Below are positions 42,119 to 51,476 of a stretch of DNA of 64,000 nt, piece after piece (positions within the stretch are counted from its first letter, which is position 1; every line of letters starts with the position of its first letter). A program made the translations under genes and the position numbers. This DNA is from a virus: the IMG/VR virus record IMGVR_UViG_3300045988_106851, positions 1-64,000 of that record; one strand, written 5' to 3'. The notes under the pieces were generated by a model. That model did not search any database, had not been told where the DNA came from, and was given only the letters and a program-made list of their open reading frames with translations.

Positions 42119-42715
42119 TCACTTTTCCTTCTCCTTTCCCACCTTCTCGAACGCCTCCTCCACGGCCTCGCCCATGGCAGGGTCTTTCTGCCTTGCCAAC
42201 GCCACGGCGAAACCCTTGCCAAAAGCCATCAGATACCCCTTGATGGTGCGCTTCTCTATCCTCACGTTGTGTATGTAGAGGAAGTGGCCACCTATGGAGC
42301 TTATCTCGCACAGGCAGGCTATCACGCCGCCGACCCACGCGCCGAAGATGTAGTTTATGCCCACGAGCGGCAGAAAGCCAGCGCCTATCGCTTCCGCCAC
42401 CATCATGAGCATGAGGTAGTCGATAAACTTGTTCAGGCTACGCCGCCACGCCCGCGAGCGGTGGAACTTATACACCTCCGCCAGCACCTTGTCACCTTGC
42501 TTTAACGCCTTGTCGCGCCTTAGCCTGCTCTCCTTGCAGCCGAAGCGGAAGTCGAGCATACATAGCAAGCCTATCGCTATCCAAATCCACTTGGAGTCCG
42601 TCAGCATCTGCGTTATCTCCGAGGAGAACAACGTCATGCCGAAAGCTCTTACCCCTGTATGCACGCTGTTCCCCGTCAAGAAACTTGTCTGTAATACCGA
42701 GCTGCCCATCGTCAT
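42119..42715 (-). CDS. membrane protein, holin-family candidate
   Basis: Three or four TM helices with a charged central loop (HRSRAWRRSLNKFIDYLMLMMVA). Confidence 0.4.
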   Translation of the reverse strand: MTMGSSVLQTSFLTGNSVHTGVRAFGMTLFSSEITQMLTDSKWIWIAIGLLCMLDFRFGCKESRLRRDKALKQGDKVLAEVYKFHRSRAWRRSLNKFIDYLMLMMVAEAIGAGFLPLVGINYIFGAWVGGVIACLCEISSIGGHFLYIHNVRIEKRTIKGYLMAFGKGFAVALARQKDPAMGEAVEEAFEKVGKEKEK

Positions 42716-42801
42716 ACCTTACCTGTTATTGTCGTTATCGTTCTTTTCGTTCTCACGATTCTATATTCTTCACTCTTCGTCCTTCACTCTAAGGGAGGGG
42801 T

Positions 42802-43098
42802 CTACATCATCCACAACCAGCAACCAATCACGCCGCCAATGCACGTGAAAGCCCAGTCCAGCGCGTTGCTCTCACCCTCATAGGTCTGGTCGGCGACCTC
42901 CTTCAAGATGCCCACCACCACTGTCACCATCATCGAGAAGCCGACGCACGTCCAGCGTCCCTCGCCAGCCACGCCCTGCATCAGCATGGCCGTGAAGAAG
43001 GCTATCACCAAGCCAGCCAATAAGTGCAAGTACCTGTCAGCCCCTGCCTTTGCCAGCCACTCACCAATAATCTTAAACACATTGTAAACCTTTTTCAT
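42802..43098 (-). CDS. small 3-TM membrane protein, holin candidate
   Basis: 98 aa with TM segments YLHLLAGLVIAFFTAMLM, WTCVGFSMMVTVVVGIL and WAFTCIGGVIGCWLWMM. Confidence 0.4.
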   Translation of the reverse strand: MKKVYNVFKIIGEWLAKAGADRYLHLLAGLVIAFFTAMLMQGVAGEGRWTCVGFSMMVTVVVGILKEVADQTYEGESNALDWAFTCIGGVIGCWLWMM

Positions 43099-43138
43099 AA
43101 TCTCTTTGTTTTTAATCGTTATCGTTGTTATTGTCTAT

Positions 43139-43618
43139 TCAGCCCACCAAGCTATCCTTGCCGCCCTGTTCTCCGCCACCCTCGGCGGAACCTGTGTCCT
43201 CTTCGCTGGAGCCCTTGTCAAAGTCAATCATCTCCGGGTAGCCTGTGGTGTAGTCATAGTCGCACACCTCCTCCACGGTCGTCAGTTTCTCCACCGCTTG
43301 CAGGTGCTTCTCCGTCGCGTTCTGACATTCCGAGGCATACTGCTCAATCTTGGCCAGCATATCCCTGTAGGTCTCTATCGGCATCTTGTATTCCGTGCCG
43401 TCCCACATCTTCGTCATCATCTTCTCCCCGTTGTGCTCGTAAGCGTCCAGCGCGATGGCCACCGCCTGCCTCTCTTGCAGCGTCAGCCACATCCGCTTGC
43501 CGCCCAGCTTAAAGCCGTTGACGGCCTCTGAATCGTTGTAGCCGTTAATCTCCGTTATCGTGTCGTTCTTCGCGCCTTGCAAGTAGCGCGCCTTCATTGC
43601 CTCACTGTCCCTTGCCAT
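43139..43618 (-). CDS. DUF4376-like protein (fibre-associated, chaperone-position), copy 2
   Basis: EAVNGFKLGGKRMWLTLQERQ...IEQYASECQNATEKHLQAVEKLTTVEEVCDYD is paralogous to the 39412-39939 product. Confidence 0.5.
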   Translation of the reverse strand: MARDSEAMKARYLQGAKNDTITEINGYNDSEAVNGFKLGGKRMWLTLQERQAVAIALDAYEHNGEKMMTKMWDGTEYKMPIETYRDMLAKIEQYASECQNATEKHLQAVEKLTTVEEVCDYDYTTGYPEMIDFDKGSSEEDTGSAEGGGEQGGKDSLVG

Positions 43619-43650
43619 AATCTGTCCGTTTTTATTAAGTCTATCATTGT

Positions 43651-46600
43651 CTATATCTCGTAATAGCTCCCGGCGTACTCAAACTTCGACACCAGTTGAC
43701 TGCTCGTTGTGCGCTTCATGTACGCCCTCACCGTCCTTGCCACCTTGCCGCCCTCGTAGTAGTAGAACGTCTGGTAATACACCGTCTGCGTCGGATCGAG
43801 CACGCCCTCATTATCCACCATGTGCAGCTTCATGGGCAGGTTGCCGTCGTTAGGCTCGGTGTACCAACCATTGGGCAGAAGGAAATTCGGGTTAGGCCAG
43901 CTCACGCTGTTCGTCGTGTTGTAATAGTTCTTGGTGAACACGCAGCCGTCATAGATGTCGTAATTCTTGCTCGCGTCCGTCGTCGGTATCTGCTTGCGCC
44001 ATATGTAGCGCAGGTCGGCCTGTTGCCCCTTGGCCACGTAGAGCCAGTCGAAACTCAGTGCCGAGTTATAATCTTTTACCGCGCTCGTCGCCAGCCTCAA
44101 ATACGCCGTGTCGCTGTGTGCCTGTTGCGTCGAGCTTATCAAGCTCTGCAAGCCGCTCGGCCCGATGTCGTACTTCTGCTTGCCGTCCGTGCCGTAAAAG
44201 GCGAGATGGGGCACGCCTGCCGCGTCGTAAAACACCGCTATTCCCGGCGTCACGCCGTCTTTTTGGAACCACACGGTCGAGTTGCCGCTTATCTCGGTGT
44301 GGCCTCCGCCGTTGTCCGTCGTGGCTATCTTCGTGGCCCGCAAGCCGTCATGGTCTATCACCGCCATCTCATTGCCGTCGTTGTCGCGGAACTTGGTGTT
44401 GCTCGCAGTCAGCGTTATCTCCTTGATGTCTATGTTTATCCCCGTGGCGTACAACGCCTGCTTGTCAACCATGTCGCTCCGCTTCTCCGTCCACTCCGTC
44501 ATCGTCGCGCCCACCTCAAGTTTCGGCCTGGAGAGGCTTATCCCGTACCATGTCGCTTCCCAGTAAGACGATGATGACGACGGCGTGTTGCCCTGTCCTG
44601 CCTTTATGCAACGATAGTAAGTGCCGCCATACAGCACCACGTCTCCCACGTTGTAGCTCGTGGATGAGTCGTAACTCTCCTTGTTCGTGCCGGGTCTCAG
44701 CAAGCGGAACAGTATGTGTTGTGGGACGTTCCCCATCGGCCTCCAATGCACCCAGTAGCGTTTCCATGCCGTCGTCGGCGTGATGTGGGTGTGCAAGTCC
44801 CCATCGCCTGGATTCCACAAGAAATCTAACTTCTCATGACTGCTTTCCGTCAAGACGATTCCCGTGCTTGGAGAGTAGAGATAGCATTGCAGCTCGCCGG
44901 GCGCGTAGCCGCTCGCCGCCCTCGCGTAGAACGACAGCATGCAGTCCTCGCCGACTTTCAGCCCCATGTCCTTCGTGGAGTATTGCAGGAAGTCGCCAAT
45001 TTTCATGGTAGGCAGGAGTATCGCTTTCACGCTCGCGCTCTCGTTGTTGTAGCCGTCGGCGTTCACGGTCGTCTCGTCCAGCACCTCCACGTTTCCCGTC
45101 TTCGTCAGCGTGCCCGTGCCGTCCAGCAGGTTACCGCCCACGTAGTCATAGTCCTGCTCCGAGAGCGTCCAGCCATTATACTCCTCGCCCTCCTCAAGCA
45201 TTGGCTTGCAGATATAGCCGTCAACGAAAAAGTCGCTCGCCGCCCTCGCGAAGATATTTATCTCTTCATACTCATACGGAGCATCAGATGGAACAGAAAC
45301 CTTCACGGTAAACAATTCCCACTTATTGGCTTCTGATACAGAAAAAGTCGTGCTATAGCCTGTAGGACCATCATATTTAGCAGGGCGAGAAGTGTCTATT
45401 TTGGAACCTTGGTATAGAACTTCCGCAATGAAATAAATATCATTTGGTGTAGGCGTCTTGGCATAGAACGAGAGAACATAGTTCTTCCCCCTCTCCAACT
45501 TGACATTGCCTTGTGGCGAAATACCACACCACTGAAAACCAGACAAGAGATAGATGTCCGTTCCTGTCCGTTTGGTGCGGCAATGGATGCAATTAACGCC
45601 ATCAATGCCACTATTTATGGCTATCTGTTCTAATGGATAGTCATCATAATACTGCGTCTCCGAACCGCTCATGTACGTAAATCCGTCCCCATATTTACGG
45701 CACGCGCTTCCCACAAGCATATTTCTTCTGCCCACTGACTTCTCGCTCACCTTCAGGCTTATCTCCTTGGCCGTCTGCAATATCTCGCTCTTATACTCGA
45801 CTAAGCTTGTTACCGAGCCGTTGTTTGTCAACTGCGAGTATTGCGATTGCAACTTCTTGTTGTCGGCCTTCAAGCCTCCCGTGTACTTCGCCACGTTCAC
45901 CGTGAACGGCACGGTCTTCGTGTACGTCACGCCCGTGGCGTTCTCCGTCACGCTCACCGTCACGCTTCCGCTCGTGCAGCTCACCGTCACCGTGTTGCTG
46001 TCAATGGTCACCGTTTGCGTGTTTACCTTGGTTATCTTCACCACGCCGACATTATTCACCTTGGCCTCGCAGTTCACCGTGTCGTGTTCGCCTATATTGT
46101 ACGTCACGTTGTCCACCACCTTGCCGTCCCTCACGCACATCAGTGCGGCCCAGGCGTTAGAGGTGTCATTCACAAGTCCGTTGTCGTCGGTGTCGAGCAC
46201 TATTGTCTCCGGGTCGCAGATAATCTCCAGCGCGCCCTTGCCGTCCGCGCCCTGCTTGCCGTCACGCACCACGGGAAGCATCACGGTCTTGAGGAACGTG
46301 CCGCCGACGTACAGGGCGAAGTTCCATGTTTTCACGCCCTGGCCGAACGCCTCGAATTCCGTGACGGTAAACGTACCCGACGGCCAGTCGGGTACGAGGT
46401 CACCGTTGTCCATCGTCCTCGAGATGGTAAAGTACGCCTTGTTCTTGTCCGTCACCTGCACTGCCGTCCCGCCGGTTATCTTCACCACCTTCGCCGTCAC
46501 GCGCACCGTGTCATTGCCGTTGAGCTTACCCGTGCTATCTCCCTTTAGCACACTCGCAGACAGATAGATGTCGTAGGCCGAGCCGTCTTCGCCTTTGTCT

Positions 46601-47046
46601 CCTTTTACGTACACCCACTTGGCCATTTTGACGGCTTCGTCCGCCGTGTCCTCCTTGGTCTCGCTGACCCACGTGCCCATATAAGCATAAGCGTTGCCGT
46701 CTGTATTGCTCAGCACTATGTCATCTATCGTGTGGTTCTTCTGCTTGTTGCTCCACGCCACATGCACATAGTTGTTCTTGCCTGCCTCGCCGCTCACCTT
46801 ACCGCAGTCCGTAAAGCCATTACGATGCGTTGCGTCGCTTGCCGTACCACCCGTGTAAGTCCACAGATGCCCGTCGATGATGTAAGAATCACCGATGCTG
46901 GCTCCTGACGATGGAAGCGCGTCCGGCGAGCTGACACCCGTCTTCATATTTATCGATGTGCCAGCTGCGCCGTCCTTCACGATGCACAGCGTGATGGAGT
47001 CGCTCATCTCCACATATTTCGAAGTTTCTCTTACTATCGCTGACAT
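43651..47046 (-). CDS. large tail fibre / receptor-binding protein
   Basis: 1131 aa and beta-rich. Contains a CBM5/12-like segment YNVGDVVLYGGTYYRCIKAGQGNTPSSSSSYWEA. Follows the Tal-like gene. Confidence 0.7.
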   Translation of the reverse strand: MSAIVRETSKYVEMSDSITLCIVKDGAAGTSINMKTGVSSPDALPSSGASIGDSYIIDGHLWTYTGGTASDATHRNGFTDCGKVSGEAGKNNYVHVAWSNKQKNHTIDDIVLSNTDGNAYAYMGTWVSETKEDTADEAVKMAKWVYVKGDKGEDGSAYDIYLSASVLKGDSTGKLNGNDTVRVTAKVVKITGGTAVQVTDKNKAYFTISRTMDNGDLVPDWPSGTFTVTEFEAFGQGVKTWNFALYVGGTFLKTVMLPVVRDGKQGADGKGALEIICDPETIVLDTDDNGLVNDTSNAWAALMCVRDGKVVDNVTYNIGEHDTVNCEAKVNNVGVVKITKVNTQTVTIDSNTVTVSCTSGSVTVSVTENATGVTYTKTVPFTVNVAKYTGGLKADNKKLQSQYSQLTNNGSVTSLVEYKSEILQTAKEISLKVSEKSVGRRNMLVGSACRKYGDGFTYMSGSETQYYDDYPLEQIAINSGIDGVNCIHCRTKRTGTDIYLLSGFQWCGISPQGNVKLERGKNYVLSFYAKTPTPNDIYFIAEVLYQGSKIDTSRPAKYDGPTGYSTTFSVSEANKWELFTVKVSVPSDAPYEYEEINIFARAASDFFVDGYICKPMLEEGEEYNGWTLSEQDYDYVGGNLLDGTGTLTKTGNVEVLDETTVNADGYNNESASVKAILLPTMKIGDFLQYSTKDMGLKVGEDCMLSFYARAASGYAPGELQCYLYSPSTGIVLTESSHEKLDFLWNPGDGDLHTHITPTTAWKRYWVHWRPMGNVPQHILFRLLRPGTNKESYDSSTSYNVGDVVLYGGTYYRCIKAGQGNTPSSSSSYWEATWYGISLSRPKLEVGATMTEWTEKRSDMVDKQALYATGINIDIKEITLTASNTKFRDNDGNEMAVIDHDGLRATKIATTDNGGGHTEISGNSTVWFQKDGVTPGIAVFYDAAGVPHLAFYGTDGKQKYDIGPSGLQSLISSTQQAHSDTAYLRLATSAVKDYNSALSFDWLYVAKGQQADLRYIWRKQIPTTDASKNYDIYDGCVFTKNYYNTTNSVSWPNPNFLLPNGWYTEPNDGNLPMKLHMVDNEGVLDPTQTVYYQTFYYYEGGKVARTVRAYMKRTTSSQLVSKFEYAGSYYEI

Positions 47047-47136
47047 TTTTCCTCTGTTTTGTTTGCGTGAATCTATTATTTTGTCTACCTTTGCCGACGT
47101 GGGTAGAGGGCTTTCGCTCCACCCTTTTTTTTGTGC

Positions 47137-50100
47137 CTACACGGACAGGCTTGCAGTCCCCGTTGTTGACGTGTCGCTGTCCGTCTCCACGTATATTTTG
47201 CATTTTGCGACAGTGCTGACCGGTGTGTAGTTGCTGCCGTCAGCGAGCCACACGCCATAGCGTCCCCATGCGTGATATTTTCCGTCGGCTCCTTGCTTCA
47301 GCCAGTATGTGTGTTTCCCGTGTCTCAGTGCCGTCTTTTCCGTCGTCACCTTCGCGGTCTTGTGCAGCACGATATTGTGCGATTCCACAAAGCTCAAGAG
47401 CTGCGACATATCCACGGAATAGTTGTTGTCGCCAAGAGACGTGAACGAGAGGGGTGTAGGAAAGTGACACTCTCCGTCATGTACCATGTCGTGGAACCCC
47501 CACGCGTTCCTGTTGTTGATACCAAGCACCTTTCGTATTCTATAATACCTCTTCCAGCAAGGATATAACGTCATCCTGGAAATATCCTCCGAGGCGTGGA
47601 ATATGAGGTTGTTTCCATCCGCCCTCAGTGCCGTCAGCTCGATAGGCTCCAACAACCGTTTGGGAATTTTCACGCTGCACTTCCACAAGTCGAGCGCGTC
47701 GGAGCTGCTCGCCGAGCGGTAACGGTAGCCTATACTCGACAATATTTCATGTCCGTCTCTTGTCCATGAGAAATTATCTCGCGGTATTCTTCCGCCCATG
47801 CTCTTTCCGTCTATCTCAACACTGCATCGTAACAATACGTTATTATAGCTGCCGTTAAACACCGTGCCTTTGTTACTCGTCAAGTTGACAACAGCCGTGC
47901 GTCTTGCGCTCTTTCCGTCCTTTCCGTCCTTTCCGCCGCTAATCTCCTTCCTCCAATCTGTAGAGGTGTCGCTCGGTTCCGCGTTAGTCGTATCGCCTTT
48001 CTCCACTATGCACGTCCAAATGGAATCGTTGTGGCTCACTTGGTCGTAGTAGCCGTATTTCGTCCCCTCTGCCCAGTTACCTCTGAAGTTCACTAAGGTT
48101 ATCGGGTCGCCGCTCGCGCTCATAAACTTGAAGCTCGAAGACACGAACACCACCTCCTTGGGCGACAGTATGAACACCGTGTTCGAGTATTGGTTCACGC
48201 CGTCCCAGTGCCTGTAGTCCACGATGCCAGTCAACGCCACTATTCTCGGCAATGTGCCGTCCTCCGTGCCCGTTGTCTCCAGCATCATCACGTTCGTGCG
48301 GCTCTCGTCGTTGTATTGGTCACGTCCCTCAGCGTCATCGCTCGCGAACATCCTGTGGCCGTCCAGCACTATCGTGTCCCCTGCCTTCGGAGCGTCGTTA
48401 GTCGTGCTCTCGCAGTCCGTCTTCGACAGCACCACCCAGCCAAACTTCTTGCCGTCATACAAGTCCACGGTCACCTCGCGCGTCTTCGTCACCCCGTCAT
48501 CATTCACGTAGGTTTCCGTCCGCGTCTCCGTTATCGTCTCGTTCTTCGTGGACACGTCAGCCACCAGTCGCCAGTAATAGGTATTGCTCACGCCCTCATG
48601 CGCCCCGGCCTCAATGTCAAACGTCTGACACTTCGCCTGGTCATACCTCGCCCAGCCGTTCTGCGTCGCCGTCGTCCCGTCGTCGTTCAGCGTGTAGCAC
48701 TTCCATCCCTCGCAGTCAGCGTCGCCCTCAGCGCACGCCTCCCACGTCTCGCTCGCGTCGCCTCCCGTAGAGCTTGCCGCAGCGGTCGCCTTCTTCACTG
48801 GCACGGCCCTCACAATCTTCGAGCTCGCGCCGCTCAGATACACGTTGCCTCCCACGGCATAGAGCTTCCTAATCTCCAGCGAGTTGAACACAGCCTTGCC
48901 CCACACCATCAAGTCCGTGACCGACAGCGTGTATTTCCCCCGCGAGTTCTTCGTCACCCCGAAGCCCCTCTCCAGTGCCTCGTCAAACGACAGCGAGCTT
49001 AACGCGTCAACCACCACGTTGCCTTTCTCGTCAAACTTGTAGCCGCCAGTCCCGAACGTCGCCCCTCTATTCAGCTTAGCAAGCATGTCGGAGATTAATC
49101 CCTTGGCAAAGGTTATAAACCCCTGCGCCGTGTCATTAAACTGTTTAGAGAGGAAATAACTCGTTCCGTATCTTGCAATCAGATTCCTTAACTGTGCCTC
49201 TGTATAGCTGCTACCGCCAGAACCATTCTCTCCACTTGCTATAATACTTTGTACATCATCTCTGAGTTGCGTAATAGTGCCTTTTATAGCTTGATTTCCT
49301 ACCGTAATTTCCTGTATGAAGTCATAGTCAATATTAGTCGATAGCTTTAAGACGCGAGTGCTGAGCGTATATCCATTACCATCATCATAGGTTACTTTCT
49401 GTCCGATTTGCAAGCAAGGATTTTGCTCGACGAATACTTGCGGATAAGATTTAATGGTATAGTTATTTAAGTCAGACCGTAATCTTTGTATTTCTTGTAT
49501 TGCAGCGTCAAGCAACCTTTGTTGTGCGTCTTTAATATAGATGCTATCAGCCATTGCAATATTATAGAGTACCGTAATATTGCACTTCAATGAAGGTAAT
49601 GTCTCTCCCTTAGGCACAATCATTTCCGCTACATTTGTTGGTATAATAAGGTCGTTATCTTCTTGGTAAACGATTTCATAATCACCAGCAAGCACAGCGA
49701 AATCCTTGTCACTTACGTCATCCGAGGAATGTGAAGAAGAAGCATCTCTGTGATAAGTAAGTTCAAAACCGACATAACTACCGTTAGAGCCACGACCTGC
49801 GAGCGGAGAGGGAAGAGCGTCTTTATTAAAGTTAGCTTCAAATGAGCACCCAATATTCTTACCATTAACGAGCAAGCTATCGGTAATCTCGAAGTCATAC
49901 CAATAATGAGTAACACCGTCGTCAATAGTTGTATTGATAATTTTCTTTCCTTCTACTTTTTCTGTTGTAGGATAAGCCAATCTCATATACCATATAGTGA
50001 AGGTCTTGTATTCCTTAACAGAATCATCTGTATTGTATGAGATAGGAATTTTCTCATTGTTTTTATCAAGCACATACTTAACTCGCCCACGCACATTATA

Positions 50101-51030
50101 TACATAAGTGTTGAGCGAAGGAAAAATCTGAGAAAAATCAAGCACCTTCGTAAAGAGAGGTTCTTTCGCTTTATCCGCTCTAAGGTCAAAGGTTGAATAC
50201 TTGTCAATAGAGTAGGGGCATTCCTTACCATCAATAGTTATAGTACCATTACCTTCATCTAATTGCAGACGAATATCGCCAGATGAAACATTCTCACCTT
50301 TGCTATTTACTTGTGTGATATTTCTTGTACCGCCGAAGATAGAGAAAGCGTTATAGTAGCCTTCTTTGCTAATATTGATACTTGGTACACCTACATTCTT
50401 TCCAACCTCTAAAACGACAGGAGTCGCGCCAATTAAGACCTTACCGATGTAGATAATTTCATCATCATAGTCAATGTGCCATTCGCAATTATCTCCTATG
50501 GCATTTACTATAGCAGACAGTGCAGATATAAAATCGTTATCGCTAAACGACACATTGATTGTGTTCGAGTTCGTTTCATCGTAATGTACCGTCCATCCAG
50601 CGTTCCCAAACTTAACTTCTTTGTTTAAGAAATCCTGCAACTGCTCGGCAATTGTGTGCATCGTGCCGACAAACGACCAGACATGTTGTTTAATTTCTTC
50701 ATCTTGCGAGTTTCTTGTGCGCACGTAGAAAGGCACCTTGGAGAGTATCATCTTAGGGTGCTGAAATTCAGGCGTGTACTTCCAAGACATCTCATCTGTC
50801 TGTGTCGGCTCGTATGCTTCCAAGAGGAGAAACTGGCGGGTAACTTCTCTTACTTTATCTATCTTATAAGTATGATTGATATATGCGCCAACTGGCAAAA
50901 TTACCTTCTCGGTACTATTCCAAGAGAGTGAGATATAGTCTGATTTGGACAACTCTTCCTCTCGTTTAGCAGAGCTGGTAATTTCTGCTTGCATCAGCAC
51001 ATTACCTTCTACATCATATATGTCAATCAT
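47137..51030 (-). CDS. tail-associated lysin-like / baseplate hub protein with a fibre extension (Tal-position)
   Basis: 1297 aa immediately after the Dit-position gene. The N-terminus has the character of a phage minor structural protein. The C-terminal half carries a CBM5/12-like segment GNWAEGTKYGYYDQVSHNDSIWTCIVEKGDTTNAEPSDTSTDW. Confidence 0.7.
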   Translation of the reverse strand: MIDIYDVEGNVLMQAEITSSAKREEELSKSDYISLSWNSTEKVILPVGAYINHTYKIDKVREVTRQFLLLEAYEPTQTDEMSWKYTPEFQHPKMILSKVPFYVRTRNSQDEEIKQHVWSFVGTMHTIAEQLQDFLNKEVKFGNAGWTVHYDETNSNTINVSFSDNDFISALSAIVNAIGDNCEWHIDYDDEIIYIGKVLIGATPVVLEVGKNVGVPSINISKEGYYNAFSIFGGTRNITQVNSKGENVSSGDIRLQLDEGNGTITIDGKECPYSIDKYSTFDLRADKAKEPLFTKVLDFSQIFPSLNTYVYNVRGRVKYVLDKNNEKIPISYNTDDSVKEYKTFTIWYMRLAYPTTEKVEGKKIINTTIDDGVTHYWYDFEITDSLLVNGKNIGCSFEANFNKDALPSPLAGRGSNGSYVGFELTYHRDASSSHSSDDVSDKDFAVLAGDYEIVYQEDNDLIIPTNVAEMIVPKGETLPSLKCNITVLYNIAMADSIYIKDAQQRLLDAAIQEIQRLRSDLNNYTIKSYPQVFVEQNPCLQIGQKVTYDDGNGYTLSTRVLKLSTNIDYDFIQEITVGNQAIKGTITQLRDDVQSIIASGENGSGGSSYTEAQLRNLIARYGTSYFLSKQFNDTAQGFITFAKGLISDMLAKLNRGATFGTGGYKFDEKGNVVVDALSSLSFDEALERGFGVTKNSRGKYTLSVTDLMVWGKAVFNSLEIRKLYAVGGNVYLSGASSKIVRAVPVKKATAAASSTGGDASETWEACAEGDADCEGWKCYTLNDDGTTATQNGWARYDQAKCQTFDIEAGAHEGVSNTYYWRLVADVSTKNETITETRTETYVNDDGVTKTREVTVDLYDGKKFGWVVLSKTDCESTTNDAPKAGDTIVLDGHRMFASDDAEGRDQYNDESRTNVMMLETTGTEDGTLPRIVALTGIVDYRHWDGVNQYSNTVFILSPKEVVFVSSSFKFMSASGDPITLVNFRGNWAEGTKYGYYDQVSHNDSIWTCIVEKGDTTNAEPSDTSTDWRKEISGGKDGKDGKSARRTAVVNLTSNKGTVFNGSYNNVLLRCSVEIDGKSMGGRIPRDNFSWTRDGHEILSSIGYRYRSASSSDALDLWKCSVKIPKRLLEPIELTALRADGNNLIFHASEDISRMTLYPCWKRYYRIRKVLGINNRNAWGFHDMVHDGECHFPTPLSFTSLGDNNYSVDMSQLLSFVESHNIVLHKTAKVTTEKTALRHGKHTYWLKQGADGKYHAWGRYGVWLADGSNYTPVSTVAKCKIYVETDSDTSTTGTASLSV

Positions 51031-51473
51031 AACTTAATTCTATCATTTGGATTAGATTCCGTGAATTTGATTGTAAATTTACCCTTTTTCAGACCGTAAT
51101 CACCAAATTGCGAGCACTGTGAATAAACAAGCTTGAATACACGTCTTAAACAAGGTACTTTCAGGCAAAATTGCCCCGAATAAGCTATCTTATCCAAGAA
51201 AGACTCGTATTTTTTCAAATAATCTTCTTGCGAATTGCCTTCAAGAAAGAAAGAGATACTTACGTCACGCTTATCTTTCTTGGCATACTTCGATGTGGCG
51301 ATAACCGATTGTCCATGCTCTAATCGGCTATTGTTCGTCACATAGCTTTTTACTGGTGCCGGTGTCAGCAAGGCTTCTCGCCAACCCCTTACCAATGTAA
51401 TACCGAAAGTATCAAGGTCAACGTAAGCGGAATCCGCTTCATCGACCAATTTAACAAAAGCATCATTCTTCAT
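51027..51473 (-). CDS. distal tail protein (Dit)-position protein
   Basis: Lies between the tape measure and Tal genes, with an ATGA-type overlap with the downstream gene. Confidence 0.5.
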   Translation of the reverse strand: MKNDAFVKLVDEADSAYVDLDTFGITLVRGWREALLTPAPVKSYVTNNSRLEHGQSVIATSKYAKKDKRDVSISFFLEGNSQEDYLKKYESFLDKIAYSGQFCLKVPCLRRVFKLVYSQCSQFGDYGLKKGKFTIKFTESNPNDRIKL

Positions 51474-51476
51474 AAC

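Noticed and set aside
43696-46567. Several 235-298-aa plus-strand ORFs (43696-44574, 45671-46567, 45841-46548)
   Set aside because: All lie antisense inside the 1131-aa fibre gene, have biased Arg/Val/His or Ser/Thr/Leu composition, and overlap each other.
48190-49002. 270-aa plus-strand ORF
   Set aside because: It is antisense within the GC-rich half of the Tal/fibre gene and its translation is Arg/His/Val-rich.
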